Origin: a virus
Lineage: Duplodnaviria > Caudoviricetes
Length of the DNA: 64,000 nucleotides
IMG/VR virus record: IMGVR_UViG_3300021431_000109
Location: 15,017-79,016 of that record
Strand: one strand, 5' to 3'
The number at the start of each line of letters is the position of its first letter. Positions within the stretch are counted from its first letter, which is position 1. The translations under genes and the position numbers were made by a program. The notes beneath the pieces are model-generated. The model saw only the letters and a program-made list of their open reading frames with translations. It searched no databases and was not told where the DNA came from. Of the stretch, positions 58,001 to 64,000 are shown one piece after another.

Positions 58001-58995
58001 GGAATAATACTAAAATAATAATCATAATCCTCTTCTTCATACATTTCAAATTCTCTCCATGGAAGTTGAGGAATTTCCAATGGCTTTAAAATACTAAAAT
58101 CTTCACATTTATCTTTTATTTCTCTAATAGTTTTATATGCAGCCTCAATTTGTTCTTCTGTTAAATATGGGAAAAATGAACGAATCTCTTCATCCGTCAT
58201 CATATAAGTTGTTTCATAAAAACTTTTAACTTCACGTTCACCATCTTGTGCATTTAAAAATGTTTCATGAATAAACGCATCTTCGGGTCGCAGATAATGA
58301 CTATCAGTTGTGATAATGTATGGAATATTTAATTCTTCACTAATTTTTAATAATTGCTTATTTACAAATACTTGTTCTTTCCCATTTGAAGGCTGCATCT
58401 CTAAATAAAAATTTCCCACGCCAAAAATATTTTGAATATATAAACACCAATTCTTTGCTGTTTCATAAAAATTAATATCATTGGTATCCATATATTGAAG
58501 TAAAAATCTATCTAGCTGCGAACCCAAGCAAGCACTTGAAGCAATCAAATGTCCCGGATTTTTTCCTACTATTTCTTTTAAGTCTCTATAATAAGTTGGA
58601 CGCCGCCGCAACCTACGACTAATATATGACCGCTTCCATGCTCTCGTAGATAATTCACAAATTTGATGATAACCTTCCAAATCCTTACATAAAAGAATAA
58701 AGTGAAAATATCTATCGCGGGTTTTATCAAAGTTCTTCGCGTTTAAATCATTTCGTGTTAGATAAATCTCATTGCCGCGAATTAACTTAAAATCTGGATG
58801 CTGTTCTTTAATTTTCTTATAATATTTTTCTGCTTTAATATAACTTGAAATTGTTTCATGGTCTGTAATCGCAATGCATTCATGCCCTAATTGAATTGCT
58901 GTATCAATTAGGGCATTTACTTTATTTATACAATCACGAAGTGTCTCATTGCTATAATCGGTGTGATTATGCAAAGAACCAGGGTATAAACTCAC
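55009..58995 (-). CDS. dnaE: DNA polymerase III alpha subunit (family C)
   Basis: PHP LHNHTDYS, AITDHE; RGSGGG, DIDVD, HAGGV, GYGFNASH; no in-frame TAG in 1,328 codons. Confidence 0.95.
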   Translation of the reverse strand: MSLYPGSLHNHTDYSNETLRDCINKVNALIDTAIQLGHECIAITDHETISSYIKAEKYYKKIKEQHPDFKLIRGNEIYLTRNDLNAKNFDKTRDRYFHFILLCKDLEGYHQICELSTRAWKRSYISRRLRRRPTYYRDLKEIVGKNPGHLIASSACLGSQLDRFLLQYMDTNDINFYETAKNWCLYIQNIFGVGNFYLEMQPSNGKEQVFVNKQLLKISEELNIPYIITTDSHYLRPEDAFIHETFLNAQDGEREVKSFYETTYMMTDEEIRSFFPYLTEEQIEAAYKTIREIKDKCEDFSILKPLEIPQLPWREFEMYEEEDYDYYFSIIPELQKFAESPHKADRVLVDAVIAGIKSHPDLQNQAAYDALNECLEMTWISSEVNKAQWSAYFLNLQKIIDECWNAGTLVMPARGSGGGFLLLYALDIIQINCLREKTPTFPWRFLNPARVSVLDIDVDISGIKRAQVLEHLRDFYGENRVSNVATFKLEKSKSAILTACRGLGIDVDNAQYVSSLIGAERGQLYTLKQMYYGDEENGLPPNQMFINEVNKYPKLWEVANRIEGLICGMGIHAGGVVFKDKDFTESSALMRAPDGTIVTQFELHDLEDVSEIKMDLLSVEAADKIQVCLEMLVKDGYIKEYPTLRETYEHALNVYQLEREDPKMWDMVHDHKIISLFQMEKDSGIRGIGLTNPRNVDDLATLNSVIRLMAAEKGAESPLDKYARFREHPWMWDKEMREYGLTEEQMKLMHKELDISNGLSITQEQFMKLVQLPECGGWDLQFADKLRKSIAKKNPKEYEELTEKFFKGIKEKGCDERFCHYVWDVQIALSRGYGFNASHTLAYSIIALQEMNLAYKYPIVYWNTANLIVDSGGVQTVDFEDDDDEAMIEVELAPDDDAVDTAAEDDDEELEEWEEANKDITANEEDKKKKKQKNIDYGRIASIIGKLGGYGIQVSPPDINKSSYTFTPIAETNTILYGLRGIARISGEKITEIMEQRPYLSLRDFLGKNKLNIIQIVNLIKSGAFDEIEKMPREEIMRKFLESTIDKKVDLNLRNMQALITKDLIPEDMIFYKKLFLFNKFLKDNKDGIHYRLNDAAINYITKNFDADLIENGVQISQKVWDNIYKKAMDPMREYIKAHKQEMLQKLNDTIYNEAAEKYSSGNISKWEMDSISFYYHEHELATAAPQYDDFFTLPEEPEIEYSFRGTNGQEVKVYTLHKIIGTVIDKDKLHNTVTLLTPTGVVTVKVYKNQFAIYDKQLSQRGEDGKKHVIEKSWFSRGTKLMVQGIRRENNFIPKKRKNSVFPVIAKITSIDGENLTFQFERAEVDE

Positions 58996-59025
58996 ACAAC
59001 CACCTCTTTCTATTATTCTGTAATT

Positions 59026-59054
59026 ATTATAGCATAATTTTTAATTTTCGTCAA
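59026..59054 (-). promoter_or_regulatory. Sigma70-type promoter for dnaE
   Basis: TTGACG-N17-TATAAT, -35 inside the end of the upstream gene. Confidence 0.65.
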
Positions 59055-59253
59055 GTGTTTCCACTATCGCAGTTCGTATATGCTTATATAGATTTAATTT
59101 TGACCTTAATTTTCTTATCATTCCAGCATACATTTTTGGATAATGACATTTTTCATTACTATGAAACGCATACTGAAAAGAGAATGGACAACTATAAATA
59201 TCTTCATCGTCATTCGGGTCAGTATAAGCGAATATACAATCAGTGCAAATCAT
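59041..59253 (-). CDS. Small Cys-containing hypothetical protein (70 aa)
   Basis: ORF track; ATGA overlap with upstream ORF. Confidence 0.6.
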   Translation of the reverse strand: MICTDCIFAYTDPNDDEDIYSCPFSFQYAFHSNEKCHYPKMYAGMIRKLRSKLNLYKHIRTAIVETLDEN

Positions 59254-59375
59254 TTTTCTCGCTCCTTATAATTATTACATATATATCGTGAATCTATTTC
59301 AACATCCCATAATTTACAGTAATCATAATACCAACTGTAATAAATACAATTATCACAGCATTTTTTAGAATTCAT
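59250..59375 (-). CDS. Small Cys-rich protein (41 aa, MNSKKCCDNCIY...)
   Basis: Open frame packed between recJ and the next gene. Confidence 0.5.
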   Translation of the reverse strand: MNSKKCCDNCIYYSWYYDYCKLWDVEIDSRYICNNYKEREK

Positions 59376-61137
59376 ATTTACTATTGTCTGTTTTAAATTC
59401 ATAATCATCTATAAAAACCTATATTGAGGTTTTCCCCATAAATGTATTTAAATTCGCGCGACCATATACTGTTAATGTTTTCATTCTATTGTTCATAACT
59501 TCATTAACAAAATCCGCATCTTTAAATCTTACATAATCAACACCATTGTATGAAATTTTCATACTATCTTTATTCGCGCCCATAGCCATTACATTAGCAA
59601 GAGCAATATCAGTAATAACAAATTTAATCTCATCTATATGATTACCAAAGTATTCTGGGTGTTCGGCTAATGTATAGAGTAACTGCGCGTTTCCTTGCCT
59701 ACCATCTAAAATATAATCAACTGTATAACAATTTTCAAAATCTTCTGAATTTAAATGATTATTACAATAATCAATTAATGAATCAATTTTCTGGCTTTTA
59801 ATTCCCCAACCACAAGCATTATCGTGTCCCGCGGCATACATTAATAATCCACTATTTTCAAGGAATGCTTTAAAACTTGGTAGTCCATTAAAATTACCAT
59901 CGCTACGAATACTTCCTTGTACTTCACCGCGGCTATTGCGACGACCAATCATAACAGGTTTATGATATTTAGAAACAATTGCCATAGCAATTAAACCAGT
60001 AAGTTCTTGCTGAATATTATCTGAGGAATCTAATTCTACAAGAATTACATTATTAGAAAGTAAATCATTTTTCTAAATTTTAAAATCAATTAAATCAATG
60101 GCTTTTTCTTTTAGCTTGTCCTGCCGCGCCTTTGCATTTTTACCTACTCGTGCAGTTTGCTCTGCGGCTGTTTCTGTGTCTCCTAACTTTGCACCGCGTT
60201 TTGTACTCGCTACTAATCTATCTGGGTCAATAAAGCAATAAAACATTGTTTCTTTTTCCGCGCGCGTGCCCACGCGCGTAATGGCATTAATTAGAGGCGC
60301 AATATAGAAAGCAATATCAATTGGATTTAAACCGGGCCAAGGATATACCGCTTTTTCTTTTAAGGAGAAAGCCTGCGCTTCAAGTAAAGTTTGAAACCCT
60401 TTATTTTGAATATTGGCTAACCCCGCAAGCATTAAATAGTTTGTTTCCGCGGTTGTTCTATCCATAACATCGGCAATTTCTCCAAGCGCTGTTAAATCTA
60501 AATAATTATGTGAAAGTTCTACTCCAAGAATATCATCTAAAACCTCACAAAATTTATATACTACCCCCGCGCCGCATAGAGACTTATTCTCATATTTTGG
60601 AGATAATTGATTATTAATAATAATCGTATTCTTCGCGGTTGAAATTACTGGGTTGCCGTTATCATCATATAACTGTTCGTGGTGGTCAAGAACTAAACAA
60701 TCAATTCCTAATTGCTCCAATCTTGAATGTTCCTTTACATCATAACTAGCACTATCTGGACAGATAACTAAATTGTAAACCGGGTCATCTTCAATACTAT
60801 CAATTATATCACTTAAACCATGTTGCTTATGCTCATGGACAACAAAATTTAAATCCGCTTGCGGAAAAATATTTTTTATATAAAGCCACAGAATCGCAGA
60901 GCTTGTAAATCCATCACAGTCAGCATCCACTACAAATAAAATACTACTATTCGCGCGAAGATGGCGCAATAGCATTTCTACTCCTTCTTCAATGTGTTCT
61001 AAATCGTATGGATTTAATTCACATGCAAAAGATGGATTTAAAAACTTATCTATATCCTTTACTCCACGGTCAATTAAAATTGCTGGTAGTGCTGCCGCGG
61101 GATTCATTGGGTAGTTGTTTCTTAATTTATATTTCAT
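59365..61137 (-). CDS. recJ: RecJ-like ssDNA exonuclease (DHH/DHHA1), 590 aa (TAG=Gln)
   Basis: DADCDGFTS, HGL, LDHH, GAGV, APLINA..R, SIRS, AGHDNACG; TAG at 60073 and 59419. Confidence 0.9.
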
Positions 61138-61154
61138 ACCATATTCATTCTCCT

Positions 61155-62282
61155 TTACTTTACTTTAACTCTTGTTTTATATAAATGTTCAAATATATCT
61201 TTACCTCTATCAAATGGGGAATCTTTTTCTTTCAATACATTATCAAAATCCCACATATATGAAAAATTCGCTTGATTCTTATATTTTCTACACATAGAAA
61301 CTATTTTTTCTTTATACTTTTTTGCTTTTTCGTCGCGGCAATTTTCATATTCTTTATCAAGCGCGACAATAATTTCATTAGCTCCCAATATATCAGTTAA
61401 TAAACTAATGTGATATTTATTAAAAGTAGAACCACAACAAGCAACGCAATTACTTAAATCTCCATAATAGCCATCATCTAATAAGACGGATTTTTCTCCT
61501 TCTGCGATAATTGCGCTTCTACGATATTGTATTCCAATTTGGTGTTCATATATTCCATATAAATTAAATTGAAGTTGATGTGTATACATTGTTGGTCCAA
61601 TTTTAATTGGCATATATTTTCCATATTCTTCAATATCACGTTCTTCAATAGAGCGCGCGCGAATACCAACTAGACGACCATTTATATCAAAATGCGGAAT
61701 TACAATCTTATTTTGTCCAATACAAAAACTAATTTGAAATTTATCCATTGCTTCTTTTGTAATACCATCTTTTAGCCAAAGTGGATGATAGTATTTTGTA
61801 AAGTAAGATAATATTTCTGTTGGGTATTCATCTAATATAGGAATATTTTTTGTATATTTATACTTTTCTAAATCTAAATTATCTTTATATTTTTTTCTCT
61901 GATTAACATGCACTATTTGTTTTAAGCAATGCTTTACATACATTTCTGCTTCGTCATCAGAGATTTTTCTATCTTCATTAATGTCCATAAACTTTTTGTA
62001 TAAAGTAAAAATGGACATTGCTTCATTACATTCAGTATAGCAGCGGAAAATCTTATTATTCTGATACCAATACAATTTCATAGATTCCGCCGCATGAAGT
62101 GGATTATGACAAATTGTTGGGCATACTAAATATCCTTTTTCAGGATACATTGCTATTTGATTAACACCCAAACTTTCTAAAAAAGTCTTTACGTCATCTA
62201 ATGTAATAGATTCCATAATGTCTCTTTTAGTCATTTCTATTAAATCCAATTCTGTATCTAAATCGCCTAGCGTAGCTATCAT
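61155..62282 (-). CDS. dnaG: DNA primase (Zn-binding + TOPRIM)
   Basis: CPTICH...CYTEC Zn site, IPHFD..G.LVGIRAR, AEGEKSV, ALDKE. Confidence 0.85.
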   Translation of the reverse strand: MIATLGDLDTELDLIEMTKRDIMESITLDDVKTFLESLGVNQIAMYPEKGYLVCPTICHNPLHAAESMKLYWYQNNKIFRCYTECNEAMSIFTLYKKFMDINEDRKISDDEAEMYVKHCLKQIVHVNQRKKYKDNLDLEKYKYTKNIPILDEYPTEILSYFTKYYHPLWLKDGITKEAMDKFQISFCIGQNKIVIPHFDINGRLVGIRARSIEERDIEEYGKYMPIKIGPTMYTHQLQFNLYGIYEHQIGIQYRRSAIIAEGEKSVLLDDGYYGDLSNCVACCGSTFNKYHISLLTDILGANEIIVALDKEYENCRDEKAKKYKEKIVSMCRKYKNQANFSYMWDFDNVLKEKDSPFDRGKDIFEHLYKTRVKVK

Positions 62283-63892
62283 TTAGATTCCCCTTCCCAA
62301 TCAATTTCTAATTCTTTTGAAGGCGTATATATCTCCATTTTAGTATCATTAGTAATTGGATTATTATTAGAATCCGTCATAAATAAATCTCTTCTGTAAC
62401 CTGTGCCTAAATGTAGATTTAACCAAATCCTTACGTTCTTAAAACGTCCGCGGCGCATTTTATAGATGTCAATAACATGAGTTGGTTTACTATCATCTTC
62501 TAAATATTTACTACTTATAATGCCTTCGCGCACAGCCATACGAAAATTAGGAAGCAACTTTTGCCATGTTTGTTCACTGACTCGCGTCATTACATAACCC
62601 ATATCGCACTTATCAGCTACTGCCTTACTGCCGCGAATACACATCTCATTTTTAAATTCTCCATCATCACCCATTGCCATCGCATTAACCTGTGTCGCGG
62701 AAAAAATAAAAACATTGTAATCTTTGGCAACCTATTTTAACTGATTTGCCATCATCATTAGGATTGTATCTTCTCTTAAATTATTTTTAGCAAATTCATT
62801 AACCATACTCGCGGTTGTGTGAATATAGTCAAAGAAAATATATTTTACTTTATCCAGTGTGGCATATTTTCTAATTGTCGCTTCAACATTTACAAGATTT
62901 GGCTCGCTAATTTCTTCAATTATAAAATAGCCACTATATTTTTCTATAATTTTTCCAGCATATCTAACACGCTGCTCTTCACCTAATTCATATTCGCCGC
63001 GAAGTATATGGTCCTCATTAACACCAGATAAATAAGCCAACATAATCGTCTGTAATTCTTCTTTATCCATCTCTGTTACGATAAACAATACTTTTCTTGG
63101 CTTATATACTTCTCCTGTTACGCTATCTGCTTCTTGAACAAAAGTATTTTTTTCATGCGACCATTTAATTGGATATGCTAATCTACAAGCATCAAATACC
63201 GAAGTTCTTGTTTTACCCGCATTCGTGCTTGCTGATTTTAAGAAGAAACATCCTTCTCTCGCACCGCGGCACGCATAATTAAATAATTTTCCTTCTAAGT
63301 TCGGTCCAATATCTGGACTTTGTTTTAATCTATCTATTAAAGCAAAAATACCCTCTGCCGGGTCTCCTTTTGCTTTTCCACCATTTAAATAATCATTTCT
63401 AATTATATTATATTTACTTTCTACTGTGTTTAAAATTTCTTCAAGTGTCGCATTATTAAATCTTTCTAATGTTTTTACTTCTTTTAATGGGTCATCATTT
63501 TCTTTATCATCTATATAATAATCACTAATATCATATTTATCTTCTTTTAATCTACGAAGTAATGAATATTTTTTTAATCTTTGATAATACATATCAAAGT
63601 TACTTCCTGATGAAGAAGCATATTCATATGCGTTCTTTAAATACTCTAATCCGCCTTCTCTTTCATAAGCACTATATATTTTATCACGTCTAGCAAACTC
63701 TTGATCTACTTCCGCAGGAGTTAATGTTTTTGCTCCTTGTGTATATAAATATCTAATAACGCCCATGCACCTTCGTGCGATTTCTAAATCAAAATCAGCT
63801 GGGGTTAAATCTGGATATTCCAAAAAGAGAAGTGGATTATGGATTAATGCGCCAACAATTGCTCGTTGTGCTGCTGTATCTGATAAAACCAA
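62279..63892 (-). CDS. dnaB: Replicative DnaB-like helicase, 537 aa (TAG=Gln)
   Basis: Walker A ASTNAGKT, TEM, IFFDYI, then QLKQVAK...ATQVN, RGSKAVADKCD; halves joined by one TAG at 62732. Confidence 0.9.
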
Positions 63893-63904
63893 TTAAATCC
63901 CCTC

Positions 63905-64000
63905 TCATTCAAACCATTCATCAAGATTTTCTTCTTGTTCCTCATCTATATTTTCCCGTATTGATACAGGTTTTTCTACAATTTCTATCGCGGCTGCCGC
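63905..64000 (-). CDS. 3' end of a gene truncated by the window edge
   Basis: ...EIVEKPVSIRENIDEEQEENLDEWFE-TGA. Confidence 0.5.
   Translation of the reverse strand, partial: AAAAIEIVEKPVSIRENIDEEQEENLDEWFE

Noticed and set aside
213-59291. Antisense and alternate-frame ORFs in the track (e.g. 213-665+, 986-1444+, 7430-7975+, 8730-9008-, 31559-31792+, 34844-35128-, 58896-59291+)
   Set aside because: They overlap better-supported genes, lack SD/promoter and recognisable motifs, and are shadow ORFs.
8363-63892. Pseudogenes or sequencing errors as the cause of fragmented ORFs
   Set aside because: Interruptions are exclusively in-frame TAG with no frameshifts, in essential genes on both strands, and motifs are preserved.
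1-64000. tRNA (including an amber suppressor), rRNA, integrase, holin/endolysin
   Set aside because: No cloverleaf with TTCGA T-loop and CCA end, and no such protein motifs, were recognised by eye; they are probably outside the window.

Overview
This is a 64-kb piece of a large tailed (siphovirus-like) phage genome that uses an alternative genetic code: TAG is read as Gln (table 15). The supplied standard-code ORF track is therefore fragmented. Read with TAG=Q, the fragments join into full-length genes that all end in TAA or TGA. There are three blocks. (1) 1-8.1 kb: an early/accessory region of short genes in mixed orientation with no in-frame TAG. Nearly every gene has its own consensus TTGACA-N17-TATAAT promoter. 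The units are separated by 12 copies of a ~50-bp double-palindrome element (GTTAGA-N4-TCTAAC-N18[CGCCGGC]-GTTAGA-N4-TCTAAC), and eight share a covarying 5'-leader hairpin with an AAGGAAAA loop. This looks like a repeat-delimited gene-cassette array and is the most novel signal in the window. (2) 8.3-46.8 kb, plus strand: morphogenesis operon with terminase, portal, protease/scaffold, capsid, neck, two tail-tube paralogs, a ~5,750-aa tape measure, Dit-like and Tal/spike-like genes. (3) 46.8-64 kb, minus strand: replication and nucleotide metabolism (RuvC, dUTPase, membrane-anchored GIY-YIG, a class III RNR module with redoxin and FTR-like partners, DnaE, RecJ, primase, DnaB). I saw no tRNA, integrase, lysis gene or CRISPR array. 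An anaerobic Bacillota-type host is an inference only.
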